Origin: a virus
DNA length: 48,935 nucleotides
Reading direction: 5' to 3' (one strand)
Virus genome (UHGV): UHGV-1375816
This document shows, piece after piece, positions 18,757 through 28,760 of the stretch. The stretch's first letter is position 1. The number at the start of each line of letters is the position of its first letter. The position numbers and the translations under genes were made by a program. The notes beneath the pieces were generated by a model, which was not told the DNA's origin, made no database searches, and saw only the letters and a list, made by a program, of their open reading frames with translations.

Positions 18757-19011
18757 TTACTTTCTTTTACTCCGAATGTGAAAGTTTGCTTTGTCCATCA
18801 TTTCTTTACGCCAGCAAATCCCGGTACCCATGCACGCCGGGTCGTCACTTTCCGCGTAACCGTATTCATTTTCATGATACGTGCAAATCGTATCGGTTTG
18901 CTCATCGTAAATCTGGAATTGCTCGCTCTGAGCACTGTGGGCACCACTGCAGTAAATTGCCGCAGCCACGATGACAACCAACTGAATTTTAAATTTGTTT
19001 AACATTTTCAT
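18757..19011 (-). CDS. Small secreted Cys-containing protein with a signal peptide
   Basis: MKMLNKFKIQLVVIVAAAIYCSGAHSA is a signal peptide with an AHS-A cleavage motif. GGGGAG RBS. Four Cys in the mature part. Confidence 0.6.
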   Translation of the reverse strand: MKMLNKFKIQLVVIVAAAIYCSGAHSAQSEQFQIYDEQTDTICTYHENEYGYAESDDPACMGTGICWRKEMMDKANFHIRSKRK

Positions 19012-19032
19012 ATCTCCCCTGTTATTTTTAAC

Positions 19033-19782
19033 TCAAATCAAACCTTCTTCAGATAATTTTCTGACAATCCACATTTCACCTTCAGCATAAAACATGGGTT
19101 GTGAGAACCCATTCTCTGTCTCCCGCATTATCCCGTACCCCTTATCGATGAACCACTGTTGAAATACACGTCCGCGCTTCACTGAGCGATTGTAGACGTC
19201 CATCGAGGCTAGTTGTTTGTTTAGCCATATCGCTGATTGTCCGAACTTCTGGGCGATCTGAGTGGCGTTATATAGGCCATTGCGTTCTACAATCCGATCG
19301 TAGACGTCTACTTTTGGTGCCGCTATCGACAGTTTCTCCTGCGCAATTAGTTTCTGCTCGTACTCGGTAGCCCATGCCCTCGCGGCTTCTGCTGGATTTG
19401 TGAAGTCTGGTAGTTGTTGTTTGCTGGCATTCTCCAGTTCTTGCCAACGGTCTACTAGTCTGGCAGTAAATTCCGGTGACAATTGGGCGACCACAATGAT
19501 ACTGTCTCGCTTACCCCGTTCGCCTTCGAACATGAATACTTTTTCCGAGCGAAGGCGACCTAACGAGTCGGTTTTTTGTTCATCCTCAATTTGAGGACGG
19601 ACGATCACACCGTTGTCCGCCAGAGTTTCGATGGTACGCTTCACGTTGTCATGACGCTTCTCAACCAGCGTCGCAATCTCGAGGCTAGACATAGTTAGTT
19701 CTAATTTCATGTTTATTAGATCGTTCATCTCTGTTCTCCATTTGTTTGTGTGAGTGTAGTTTCGATGAAAATCACGACCCAT
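19033..19782 (-). CDS. Rha-family regulator with C-terminal ANT/KilAC domain (longest paralogue)
   Basis: MSSLEIATLVEKRHDNVKRTI. 19033..19340 is ~93% identical at the DNA level to 17596..17900. Confidence 0.75.
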   Translation of the reverse strand: MGRDFHRNYTHTNKWRTEMNDLINMKLELTMSSLEIATLVEKRHDNVKRTIETLADNGVIVRPQIEDEQKTDSLGRLRSEKVFMFEGERGKRDSIIVVAQLSPEFTARLVDRWQELENASKQQLPDFTNPAEAARAWATEYEQKLIAQEKLSIAAPKVDVYDRIVERNGLYNATQIAQKFGQSAIWLNKQLASMDVYNRSVKRGRVFQQWFIDKGYGIMRETENGFSQPMFYAEGEMWIVRKLSEEGLI

Positions 19783-19849
19783 TCAAATCGATTTGTTTAT
19801 GGTCACGATTAACGATAGAATTAATGGTATCTAACTGAGGGGGAATAAA
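19783..19849 (-). promoter_or_regulatory. Conserved control region of Rha paralogue 3
   Basis: Shared GTTTGTTTATGGTCACGATTAACGAT block. Confidence 0.5.
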
Positions 19850-20224
19850 ATGTCACTTGTTAAATCTTTCACAGTGGGCGACACAACATACAACGCCGCA
19901 ATGCCGTCCGCAATTGAGCAGGACGAAATCTTGTCATTGGTTGGCGCACAATTCATCGTGCACGCCGGGAACGTCTATAAGAACGGTGGCACATTGTCGG
20001 TCAAGGATGTTGTCCTAATGCTCACCACGCTACCGCACGTTGTCAAAAAGCGCATTTCAGAAGTATTACTGAGTAAAACTTTCGTCGCCGGTCAGGAACG
20101 TAAGGTCGATGTTGCTGATTTTGCCGGACGCATGATGAGTTTCAACACCCTGCTGGCAGAATTGTTCCTGTGGGTTTATGCTGATTTTTTCGATTACGTG
20201 CAAAACGCAAACAAAGACGAGTAA
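19850..20224 (+). CDS. Tail assembly chaperone (gpG/E-like)
   Basis: Position between tube and tape measure. Slippery TTTTTTC near the 3' end. Confidence 0.55.
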   Translation: MSLVKSFTVGDTTYNAAMPSAIEQDEILSLVGAQFIVHAGNVYKNGGTLSVKDVVLMLTTLPHVVKKRISEVLLSKTFVAGQERKVDVADFAGRMMSFNTLLAELFLWVYADFFDYVQNANKDE

Positions 20225-20438
20225 AGAGCACCGGGCGACCCAGTCCGGTCAACTGGTACTTTATGCGGGTTTGCACGGGTATCGAGGGGGTGTGCCCACC
20301 TCTTTGTACATGGGCGCAGTTAAAAGATGGTACAATATCGCTTGCTGAAGTCGAACAATTTCACTTTGCGATGGATGAATTGCAGGGTAAGTATATCGAG
20401 GCGATAAACAATGCAAGAAATTCCCCTAAATAACGGTG
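20185..20438 (+). CDS. -1 frame extension producing a G-T-like frameshifted chaperone (fusion of 19850..20191 and 20191..20438)
   Basis: Heptamer T TTT TTC at 20185..20191 in the G frame. The -1 frame is open from 20185 to 20438 (FFRLRAKRKQRRVKETG...). Confidence 0.5.
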
Positions 20439-20707
20439 CGGCTAACGCCCATCAGACCTTCACGGTCAAGCTGGGCGACAACGTTCTCGACTTTGCACTG
20501 GATTACATTAGCTACACCGACAAGCCCGCGTGGACAATGAGTGTCTCACAGGATGGTATTAACTACATCACCGGTGCAATGCTTGTCCCAAATGCTGAGG
20601 TCAGTAAAGCATACCGCGCCGGGTTGGGTCGCTTCTTCTTTGTGGGCGATGAGGTAACCATTGACAACCTCGGCGTTGATAATCATCTTCTGTGGGTGCC
20701 CGAATAA
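20411..20707 (+). CDS. Hypothetical protein
   Basis: ORF with a weak RBS. It ends in a TAATG overlap with the tape measure gene. Confidence 0.4.
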   Translation: MQEIPLNNGAANAHQTFTVKLGDNVLDFALDYISYTDKPAWTMSVSQDGINYITGAMLVPNAEVSKAYRAGLGRFFFVGDEVTIDNLGVDNHLLWVPE

Positions 20708-22158
20708 TGGCTAACATCATCACGCAGTTCCTCGTCGGCCTCGGCATCTCTTACGATGGTAAAGGTGCTGAACAGGCCGAAAAAGATATCGACAATCTCG
20801 GCAAATCGGCGGAGCAAGCCGGTAGTCAGATGGACGATATCGGTAAGTCGCTCGACAAGGGTGTTAAAACCGGTGTAGAAAATTCAAAATCACGCATTAT
20901 GAGTCTGGTTGCCACGTTCAAAGGTGCCGGACTTGCGATGTCCGGTGTTGCCGCGAGTGTCGGTGCAGCGTGGGCGTTTGAGTCGAAGAAAGCGCAACAG
21001 GCTTACGACTTGAACAACCAGCTTGTAACCAGTCAGTTCGGACCAACTGAGGTTTATGGACTCGGTGCGCTGGCCGAACAGCGTGGCGGCGACCGGCAAG
21101 CAACGACAAACAGTCTTTTAAATATTGAACGTGGGATTAACCGTATTCAGACCGGTGACGCCGGGATGATTCAGCAACTGGCAGTTGCGGGAATTCGTGT
21201 CGATAACCCCACGGGGCGCACACGCGAGGATATTTACAGCGACATCGCCGGACAATTCCAGCGCCTCGATACGACGCGTCAGAGCAACGTAGCGGAGGTT
21301 TTAGGTCTCGACCCGGCTACCGTCAGAGTATGGCAGGAGTTCGGCGCTACAACGCTGGAAGTATCAAAAGCCCGTGCCGCTGAAATGGGGTACACCGAGA
21401 AACATAATGCCGCGCTGAACGCAATCAACCAGACCATAATTGACACTCAACAAAAGTTCGAGAGTCTGGGTAACACGATTGCGGACATGCTCGTACCAGA
21501 TATTACCAGTCTGAGTAATACCATATCCAGTGTAGTAGGTAGATTCGATAACTGGTTGAAAACCAGCTCCTTTGGCAAAGATGTATCCGAACATGGGTTG
21601 TATAAGGCGTATGAAAATGCAATGCAGTCTATCCCGTGGATTAAGAAAATGGATGACTGGATTAACAACTTGGGTACAAATGCCAATGATGCGACAATTA
21701 ATAACAAATCATCCACCGTCGAAACCCCTGCATGGGGTGGTACACCGTTCTGGGCAAAAAGGGAGAATTGGGTCAACGATTCTGATAACAGAACGGTAGA
21801 TGATGACACACTCTCCGCATTACGTCGAAATAATTCACTGTATAACCCGGCCAATGACAACATCCTCAATAACACGACGAATACCGAACAGCTTCCACAG
21901 CGGGAGAATTCATCTCCGGTTAACGACGGTTCATACGGTGCCGAAGTGAGTCCGGTGACTGATAACTATGCGCAGCAAAGTCGGCAGATGAGTCAGATTA
22001 TGGAGTCCATAAACCGTCCGATTCAGCTTAACGGTAATTTCACCACACAGGGCGACGTAATACTGGACGGTAACGCAATTGGCCGTTATACCGTAAATCA
22101 TCTTGAGACACAGGTGTATCCACAGGCAATTGACCAGACCCGGCAAAGGAGTTACTGA
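20707..22158 (+). CDS. Tape measure protein
   Basis: 483 aa, predicted helical, Gln/Asn/Ala-rich, downstream of the chaperones. The ORF track start at 20692 is upstream. Confidence 0.6.
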   Translation: MANIITQFLVGLGISYDGKGAEQAEKDIDNLGKSAEQAGSQMDDIGKSLDKGVKTGVENSKSRIMSLVATFKGAGLAMSGVAASVGAAWAFESKKAQQAYDLNNQLVTSQFGPTEVYGLGALAEQRGGDRQATTNSLLNIERGINRIQTGDAGMIQQLAVAGIRVDNPTGRTREDIYSDIAGQFQRLDTTRQSNVAEVLGLDPATVRVWQEFGATTLEVSKARAAEMGYTEKHNAALNAINQTIIDTQQKFESLGNTIADMLVPDITSLSNTISSVVGRFDNWLKTSSFGKDVSEHGLYKAYENAMQSIPWIKKMDDWINNLGTNANDATINNKSSTVETPAWGGTPFWAKRENWVNDSDNRTVDDDTLSALRRNNSLYNPANDNILNNTTNTEQLPQRENSSPVNDGSYGAEVSPVTDNYAQQSRQMSQIMESINRPIQLNGNFTTQGDVILDGNAIGRYTVNHLETQVYPQAIDQTRQRSY

Positions 22159-22160
22159 CA

Positions 22161-23585
22161 ATGGATTTGCGCCAGTATGAAATACTCATTGACACAAAGA
22201 ATTTTATTACACAGTCGTACCCAATGCTCCGGTGTTCGTTCGATGTGACAACGTATACTGGCGACAGCCTGAGTACCTGTGAATTCCGCTTGTGGAACCT
22301 CGCACCGACAACGAAGATTGAACCGAATCAGACCGTTGTTTTTCGCGCCGGGTATCAGTCGCGCATTGGTCAGATTTTTACTGGATTTGTTACCAACGTT
22401 TTCACCATTCGTGACGGTACCGACATCATCACACGTGTGACGTGTCGCAGCGGTAGCAATGTGCTCGACGGTGGGACAACGAGTGCAAGTTTCGGTAAGG
22501 GCGTGACATTGTTTGACGTCTTAACCAGTCTCGCACAGGACTGGTCGAAGCCGTTATATCTTGTCAATAGTGAGGACAAATTTACCTCTATTGTCATGGC
22601 TGGCGGTTACAACGTCAGCTCCGATATCAGTAAGGAACTTGACACCCTGGCTAAAGCGTATGGCTTCGAATGGCATTTATACGCTGGTCAAGTGTTTGTC
22701 GGATTTCCATCTGATGACCGTAAAGCCACCCCCATCAAAATCAGTTCTGCGACCGGGATGATTGATGCGCCAACGCTTCACGGCGGCATTGATGGCGTAT
22801 TCTGTGACGTTAAAATGCGTCTTGATCCCCGTATGACACCTGCATCGGTGCTCAATATTGAATCGAAATGGCCTAAATTCGATTTCGGCGCGGTGGAGTT
22901 CCAGACAACCGTTGACGCTAAACTGGAAGGTGACTGGAACGTTCAGACCATTCAGCATACTGGCGATACACACGGTCCCGACTGGTACACGTTTGTCAAA
23001 GCTGTGCGCGCCGGGTCAATGGATATCACCACGACAAACAGTGATGTCGGCAATCGTCTTATTTACGGGCGTGTTGGTGTGCAGGGTGAGGATGCCAGTC
23101 AGCAGCAGGATTTCCGCACCGAGGTACGTAAACTAGGACAAAGTCTGGGTATCAGTCCTAACTGGATTATGGCTGTAATCTCTGCGGAGTCTAACTTCAA
23201 TCCGCAATCAAAGAACAGCAAATCTGGTGCGGTGGGCCTGCTTCAGTTTACTAATACCGGATGGACAAGTGCGTTTCAGAGTAAGTACGGACGCAATAAA
23301 AATGTCATCCTGTCAATGACCGCAGCCGAACAGGTGAGAGGTCCAATTACTGATTATCTCAACCAGTATAAAGGGCGTTACAAAACAATGGGCGATGTGT
23401 ACATGGCTGTATTCAGTCCGGCATTCATCGGTAAACCTTCCACAACCGTGATGTATTCATCACCTTCTACAGCGTACAATCAGAACGCAGGGCTTGACAC
23501 GGACCATAAAGGTTACATTACTGTTGGTGACGTGTGGCGGCGTGTTGAGGAACGATTCAGACAAGGTAAGGCGTACATGTTATGA
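22161..23585 (+). CDS. Baseplate hub / tail-associated lysin with C-terminal lytic transglycosylase (SLT) domain
   Basis: SLT motif AVISAESNFNPQSKNSKSGAVGLLQF with a catalytic Glu in the ES context. The gene follows the tape measure. Confidence 0.7.
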   Translation: MDLRQYEILIDTKNFITQSYPMLRCSFDVTTYTGDSLSTCEFRLWNLAPTTKIEPNQTVVFRAGYQSRIGQIFTGFVTNVFTIRDGTDIITRVTCRSGSNVLDGGTTSASFGKGVTLFDVLTSLAQDWSKPLYLVNSEDKFTSIVMAGGYNVSSDISKELDTLAKAYGFEWHLYAGQVFVGFPSDDRKATPIKISSATGMIDAPTLHGGIDGVFCDVKMRLDPRMTPASVLNIESKWPKFDFGAVEFQTTVDAKLEGDWNVQTIQHTGDTHGPDWYTFVKAVRAGSMDITTTNSDVGNRLIYGRVGVQGEDASQQQDFRTEVRKLGQSLGISPNWIMAVISAESNFNPQSKNSKSGAVGLLQFTNTGWTSAFQSKYGRNKNVILSMTAAEQVRGPITDYLNQYKGRYKTMGDVYMAVFSPAFIGKPSTTVMYSSPSTAYNQNAGLDTDHKGYITVGDVWRRVEERFRQGKAYML

Positions 23586-24232
23586 GTTTAATTAACCTTC
23601 TGGTAAAGCGCGGTCCACAGCTTGGGTCGCTTCAGTTCGATGCTGTCCTGTCTGATGACCTTGACGCCAGCGTGGATATCGTACAGTACCCCATTGAGAC
23701 AGGTACGCCAATTGCGGACCACATCATTTATCAGCCTATTCGTTACACGATGACGGGTGCGGTATCGAATAACCCATTGAAAGTTAGTATCACTGATTTC
23801 ACCGGGGCGTTGACAAATCTCGTCGATGACAATCCGTTTATTGCCGCGGGCGCGGGTCTGTTCGCGGGGTGGTTGAGCGGCTCGAATGAAACTCGCTCCA
23901 GTACGACACTGAACACTTTGCTCGATTTCATGTACTCCGGACAGGTGTTCACAGTAGATACGGGTGAAATTACGCTGAACAATATGGTCATTCAGCGTAT
24001 CGGGCGCTCCAAAGACCCGGAGAATGAGAACGGACTGATATTTGTTGCTGAACTGCAGCAGATTGTCACGCTTGACCGCGTGGCGAACAGTTCACAACCG
24101 GCACAGTATCAGCTAAACAGTAACGACGTTTCCAGCACATCCATATCCGGACTGATTGAGCGTGGCTACATTAATGTGAAGACAGCCGCAACGAATGTTG
24201 CCAACCAGGTTACGACACTTTTGGATTTGTAA
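23582..24232 (+). CDS. Baseplate protein (candidate)
   Basis: Position. The start overlaps the previous stop. Confidence 0.4.
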   Translation: MSLINLLVKRGPQLGSLQFDAVLSDDLDASVDIVQYPIETGTPIADHIIYQPIRYTMTGAVSNNPLKVSITDFTGALTNLVDDNPFIAAGAGLFAGWLSGSNETRSSTTLNTLLDFMYSGQVFTVDTGEITLNNMVIQRIGRSKDPENENGLIFVAELQQIVTLDRVANSSQPAQYQLNSNDVSSTSISGLIERGYINVKTAATNVANQVTTLLDL

Positions 24233-24233
24233 A

Positions 24234-24260
24234 AAAAAAGCCCCGGAGTACGGGGCAAAC
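24234..24260. terminator. Hairpin GCCCCGgagtaCGGGGC preceded by A9. A terminator in the minus orientation, possibly weakly bidirectional
   Basis: The T-run is present only on the minus strand. Confidence 0.45.
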
Positions 24261-24471
24261 ATGCAGGAGCACAACAGAGAGAGAGAGCACGGTTTACAGG
24301 TTAAACGTCATCTAAACTCTAAACCGTTATATTGGTCGAACCGCCGCGGTGACCAACCGCTCAGTGTACACTTGGCTACACATTCCGGCTACCCGCTGAT
24401 GCAAGGAAAGGAACACCCCGGACCGCTAAAGACACATGTGCTATATGCCTGTGAATAAATAATTACATTGT

Positions 24472-24496
24472 TTGACGTGAGTGTCAATAGTATACT
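24472..24496 (+). promoter_or_regulatory. Palindromic site TTGACGTGAGTGTCAA followed by TATACT, upstream of the baseplate operon
   Basis: The spacer is 13 nt here (non-canonical). The alternative -35 TTGTTT gives 17 nt. Confidence 0.4.
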
Positions 24497-24522
24497 TGAC
24501 ATTATTTTCACAGGAGGGCGAC

Positions 24523-25197
24523 ATGACCGACATTAACCAGCGCCGCTCGTTTTTACAGAACGTCACCAATGACACGTTTTTCGAGAACATGAAAGACGTG
24601 TACACGTGCATCCCGGGTTACGTGCTGACATTCGACCCGGATACACAGCGCGCACAGATTCAACTGGGGATAACCCGGACCGATGATGTCGCTAAAACTA
24701 CGTTTGACCCGCCACCCATTGTGGACGTTCCCGTAAGTTTTCCGGGCGATGACTTCGTACTGGAATTTGCCGTCAATCCGGGTTGTGAGGGTATGGTACA
24801 TTTCAGTCAACGTTGCATTGATGGATGGAAGCAGACTGGCGGCATTGCTGCTAACCCCGTCAAACGCTTTCACCACAAACAGGACGCAATGTTTGTGCCA
24901 GGAATTCGTTCACTTGATAACCTGATTGCAAGTTTTTCCAACGATGGGATACGCTTGCGCAATGCTGACGCATCACAGCACGTCTGGTTAAAGGGTGATG
25001 GTTCATGCATAATGGCTAATGGGAACGGCAACGTCCAACTTCTTGCAAACGGTACAGTGAGTATCAATGGCGTGACCATCGATAAAGACGGGAACATTAC
25101 TGCTCTGAATTCTCTGGTGCTGGATGGTAAAGAACTCAATGGTCACACCCATGGCGGCGTTGCTTCCGGTGGTTCTAATACGGGGCCGAATAACTGA
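24523..25197 (+). CDS. Baseplate central spike (gpV-like) with apex HxH motif
   Basis: GGAGGG RBS. C-terminal ...LNGHTHGGVASGG resembles the iron-binding HxH apex of P2 gpV-type spikes. Confidence 0.5.
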   Translation: MTDINQRRSFLQNVTNDTFFENMKDVYTCIPGYVLTFDPDTQRAQIQLGITRTDDVAKTTFDPPPIVDVPVSFPGDDFVLEFAVNPGCEGMVHFSQRCIDGWKQTGGIAANPVKRFHHKQDAMFVPGIRSLDNLIASFSNDGIRLRNADASQHVWLKGDGSCIMANGNGNVQLLANGTVSINGVTIDKDGNITALNSLVLDGKELNGHTHGGVASGGSNTGPNN

Positions 25198-25544
25198 TGA
25201 CAGTACGTAAATTAGATGAAGATGGTGACATCGTTACTCAGGGTTCGATGTTCATCACTGAACAACTGGAAATAGAGCAGACGATACGTACCCGTCTGCG
25301 CCTGTTTCTGGGTGAGTATTTCCGGGATGTGACCGACGGTACACCGTGGTTTCAGGAGATACTCGACAAACAAACTTCTATGGATGTCCGCGAAGCGCGC
25401 CTCCGTGAACGCATCTCCGGTACCCCGGGTGTTCTGCAGTTAACCAGTTTTAGTACCGATTTTGACATCGACAACAAAACTTACACGGTCACCGCCAGCG
25501 TGTTGACCTCCTACGGATTATTAACGGTGACCGAGAATGGCTGA
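25197..25544 (+). CDS. Baseplate wedge protein (gpW/gp25-like)
   Basis: 115 aa between the spike and the J-like gene. Confidence 0.45.
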   Translation: MTVRKLDEDGDIVTQGSMFITEQLEIEQTIRTRLRLFLGEYFRDVTDGTPWFQEILDKQTSMDVREARLRERISGTPGVLQLTSFSTDFDIDNKTYTVTASVLTSYGLLTVTENG

Positions 25545-26745
25545 ATTAACCAGTACCGGCTATAGCGTAAAATCACAGAATGACTGGTTCGACGAAGAAA
25601 AACAGTTGTATCTGGATATCGACAGTAACTGGAATCTTGACCCGTCCACCCCCGATGGGTTGAAGATGGCGCATGATGCTGAAATCTTCTCCGCGCTCGA
25701 TGAAGTGTTACAACAGGCGTACAACTCCAAAGACCCGAACAAAGCCAGCGGCTACGACCTCGATGTGATTTGTGCGCTGACAGGTACCGTCCGGAGTGAA
25801 GGTACCGCGTCCACTGTTACAGGGTTTGTGTTAACGGGTGTTGCCGGTACTCAGGTTCCTGCGGGTACACGCTTTGAGTCGTCTGTGACGGGTTATCGAT
25901 TTACTCTTGACCAGACGTGGACACTGGATAGTTCAGGTACCGCAACGGTCGATATCACCTGTACCACGGTTGGTGAAATCGAAGCGGACGCCAACACCAT
26001 CACAACCATTGTGGACACGGTTGCTGGTCTGGTATCAGTTAATAACCCCACTCCAGCAACACCCGGTACATCTGCTGAATCGGATGGGTCGCTACGCCTT
26101 AAACGAGCAACAGCTGTAGGTCTGCCGGGTAGTAACCAGGTTGATTCAATGCTGGGACAACTGTTCAATGTGGATGGTGTACGCCGTGTGCGTGTCTATG
26201 AGAACGACGAAGCCACAACTGACAGTAATGGTCAACCCGGCCACAGCATTGCGCCCATCGTTGATGGTGGTACGGACGATGATGTGGCGATGGCTATTTA
26301 CCTTAAAAAGAACCCGGGTGTCGCATTTTATCAGGCTGGAACCGGTGTGACAGTCACGGTCACGTCGCCTACTTACCCCACGATGACCAAAGATATCAAA
26401 TTCAGTCGCCCCGTGTATGTGGATATGGTGGTGGTCATCGAAATCAAAGATGACGGTACGCTACCGTCTCAGGCGACCCTTGAGCCACTCATTCGGGACG
26501 CCATCATGGAATACGCTGCGGGTGGTCTAATTCCGACAGAGTACGGTTTTAAGCCGGATGGGTTTGATATCGGTGAAACAGTCCCGTACAGTTCACTTTA
26601 CACACCTATTAACAAAGTCATTGGCTCATACGGTAACAGCTACGTTAACAGTATGACGTTGAATGGCGGCACAGCGAATGTTACCATTAAGTTTAACGAA
26701 TTATCCCGCTGGACAACCTCAAACATCACGGTGACTATCGTATGA
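25537..26745 (+). CDS. Baseplate J-like protein
   Basis: 402 aa. Position in the P2-like V-W-J order. Confidence 0.5.
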   Translation: MAELTSTGYSVKSQNDWFDEEKQLYLDIDSNWNLDPSTPDGLKMAHDAEIFSALDEVLQQAYNSKDPNKASGYDLDVICALTGTVRSEGTASTVTGFVLTGVAGTQVPAGTRFESSVTGYRFTLDQTWTLDSSGTATVDITCTTVGEIEADANTITTIVDTVAGLVSVNNPTPATPGTSAESDGSLRLKRATAVGLPGSNQVDSMLGQLFNVDGVRRVRVYENDEATTDSNGQPGHSIAPIVDGGTDDDVAMAIYLKKNPGVAFYQAGTGVTVTVTSPTYPTMTKDIKFSRPVYVDMVVVIEIKDDGTLPSQATLEPLIRDAIMEYAAGGLIPTEYGFKPDGFDIGETVPYSSLYTPINKVIGSYGNSYVNSMTLNGGTANVTIKFNELSRWTTSNITVTIV

Positions 26746-28748
26746 CCATTATCAAACGTGCAGACCTAGGTCGACCCTTAACGTGGGACGAACTGGATGA
26801 TAACTTCCGGCAAGTTGATGATTTGAGAGCCGCCGCATCGGCGGCTGTATTGAGTGCAACGGCTTCAGCTACAGCCGCTGCAGGCAGTGCTACGAATTCA
26901 CTTAATAGTGCAAATAGTGCTTCTAGTTCGGCTGCTGACGCCGCAGCATCGGCAGCATCAGCAATCGATGCGCTAATGAATTCGACATTCGAACCGAGTA
27001 GTTTCGACTTCAGCACCGGTGGCACACTTGATACTACAGATCGCAATAAAGCAGTGTACAACCCGGCGGACAATAACTGGTATTCATGGGTGGGTACGTT
27101 ACCACACGTTGTGCCCCCAGACACAGATCCACTATCCGATGTCAACTGGAGGCCACGTACGGATCAGTTACTGCGACAAAACCTGGCATCGTCCGCGATT
27201 CCCGGTACTTCGCTGGTAACCCATTCCGATGGTACTCGGCTTGACAATTATATAGAGATTTTTAACAGAAGAACTAAGTTTATAATGCCGGAGGATTTAC
27301 CAGGCACTGACACAGAACAGCTCCAGTCGGCGCTATCTTATGCGAAGTCCAACAAAGTCAATGTGGTGTTACAGGCGGGGAAAACCTATTATGTAACTGG
27401 GTCGCAAGGTTTGGAAGTAGATTTAGGGTACTATTCTTTCGAGAGCCCCAATGGCATCGCCTATATTGACTTTACAGGTTGTACTGCCCCTTACTGTTTA
27501 TGGGTTCATTCCAGTCGCCCATATCCTGCTGGGTCAGAGAACCACTGTACATCCATGCGTGGTATAAAAGTCAAAGGTGCGATTCAAAACATTGGTCAGC
27601 GGTTGCTGCTAACTGGAAACAATAACGATTCCAGCAACGGCACCTATAATGGCGACTGTAAGATCGAAAACTGCATGTTTTCCACTGCTGATATCGTTTT
27701 AGGGGGCTCCAATAGTACCTGGCGTTATAAATTCATCAATTGTGGATTCATGATGGAGTCAACCGGAGGCACATATGCGATGCACTTTCCGGCTGGCATT
27801 TCGGACTCTGGAGAGTCAATTACTTTCCAAAATTGCAAAATATTCGACATGAAAGGATGTCCGATACTTGTGGAATGTGCGAGTTTTGCCATTGGGATGC
27901 CTGGTACATCAGTGTTAAATACCCCGATTAAGATAACGGGGAATGGTGCTATGGTCATCTTGGATTCGGCGGCTAATATTGAAAATCCAGGGGCGTCAGC
28001 GTGGTATCGCTACGGAGAAGTAACAGGAATTGCGGCGCGACTCATCCTTAATGGGTGTACACTTGTGTGTAATAACCCGTCGCTACAAACGAAACCGTTA
28101 TTCTACGTAGGGGAAAATGCCTTCATCGACATCACTCTCGTCAAAACGCCGGGGAATGACTATCCCTTCCAGAACGGGGAAGAAGGGTTGAGAACTTTTG
28201 TTGAGGGTGACGGGTATGTTACGGCGAGTCATTGTATCGGCGATATCCGTTCTGGTGCCGGGAATATCCCACTTCATAAATCGCTAAACCCAACATTGAA
28301 TCCCGGCTTTGAGTCCGGTGATTTATCATCGTGGACATTTAACAACACGGGAGTCAGCACTCAAACGTGCGTAGTAGGTACGGAATACAAGAAAACAGGT
28401 GTCTATGGAGCGAGAATGACATCGTCCGAGTCGTCAAGTTGTTTCCTGAGTCAAAAAGTAAAAGTAACGCAACATGGTTATTACAGGACCACGTGTCAAG
28501 TCAATACCATAACCGCCGGTACAGGGAAGACGGCGGGAGCACTAACCGTTACGTTCTACGACAGGGCTGGCAAATCGATCCAATCGGGTGCAAGTAGTTC
28601 TTTCACTAATACTCCGAGCGGGTGGCAATCTGTGGGACAATTCATACAGGGTCGAGTACCACAGGGGGCCGAATATTGTGAAGTATCTATCCGCTGCCGT
28701 GAAGGCGCGGTGATTGATATCGATAATTTCATCATCAATTTCACATAG
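26742..28748 (+). CDS. Tail fibre / tailspike with Ala/Ser-rich N-terminal coiled region and beta-helix-like body
   Basis: AAASAAVLSATASATAAAGSA... then repetitive NG/GS-rich segments typical of right-handed beta-helix spikes. 668 aa. Confidence 0.55.
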   Translation: MTIIKRADLGRPLTWDELDDNFRQVDDLRAAASAAVLSATASATAAAGSATNSLNSANSASSSAADAAASAASAIDALMNSTFEPSSFDFSTGGTLDTTDRNKAVYNPADNNWYSWVGTLPHVVPPDTDPLSDVNWRPRTDQLLRQNLASSAIPGTSLVTHSDGTRLDNYIEIFNRRTKFIMPEDLPGTDTEQLQSALSYAKSNKVNVVLQAGKTYYVTGSQGLEVDLGYYSFESPNGIAYIDFTGCTAPYCLWVHSSRPYPAGSENHCTSMRGIKVKGAIQNIGQRLLLTGNNNDSSNGTYNGDCKIENCMFSTADIVLGGSNSTWRYKFINCGFMMESTGGTYAMHFPAGISDSGESITFQNCKIFDMKGCPILVECASFAIGMPGTSVLNTPIKITGNGAMVILDSAANIENPGASAWYRYGEVTGIAARLILNGCTLVCNNPSLQTKPLFYVGENAFIDITLVKTPGNDYPFQNGEEGLRTFVEGDGYVTASHCIGDIRSGAGNIPLHKSLNPTLNPGFESGDLSSWTFNNTGVSTQTCVVGTEYKKTGVYGARMTSSESSSCFLSQKVKVTQHGYYRTTCQVNTITAGTGKTAGALTVTFYDRAGKSIQSGASSSFTNTPSGWQSVGQFIQGRVPQGAEYCEVSIRCREGAVIDIDNFIINFT

Positions 28749-28760
28749 GGAGGGTATTAA

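Noticed and set aside
17596-19782. Lysogeny module (taking the Rha/ANT anti-repressors to indicate a temperate phage)
   Set aside because: No integrase, excisionase, CI/Cro-like pair or attachment-site signature was found anywhere in the window. Rha/ANT genes also occur in virulent phages.
24195-24458. 87-aa plus-strand ORF in the pre-baseplate intergenic region
   Set aside because: No RBS. It begins inside the A9/hairpin terminator and has low-complexity composition. The region is more likely non-coding.
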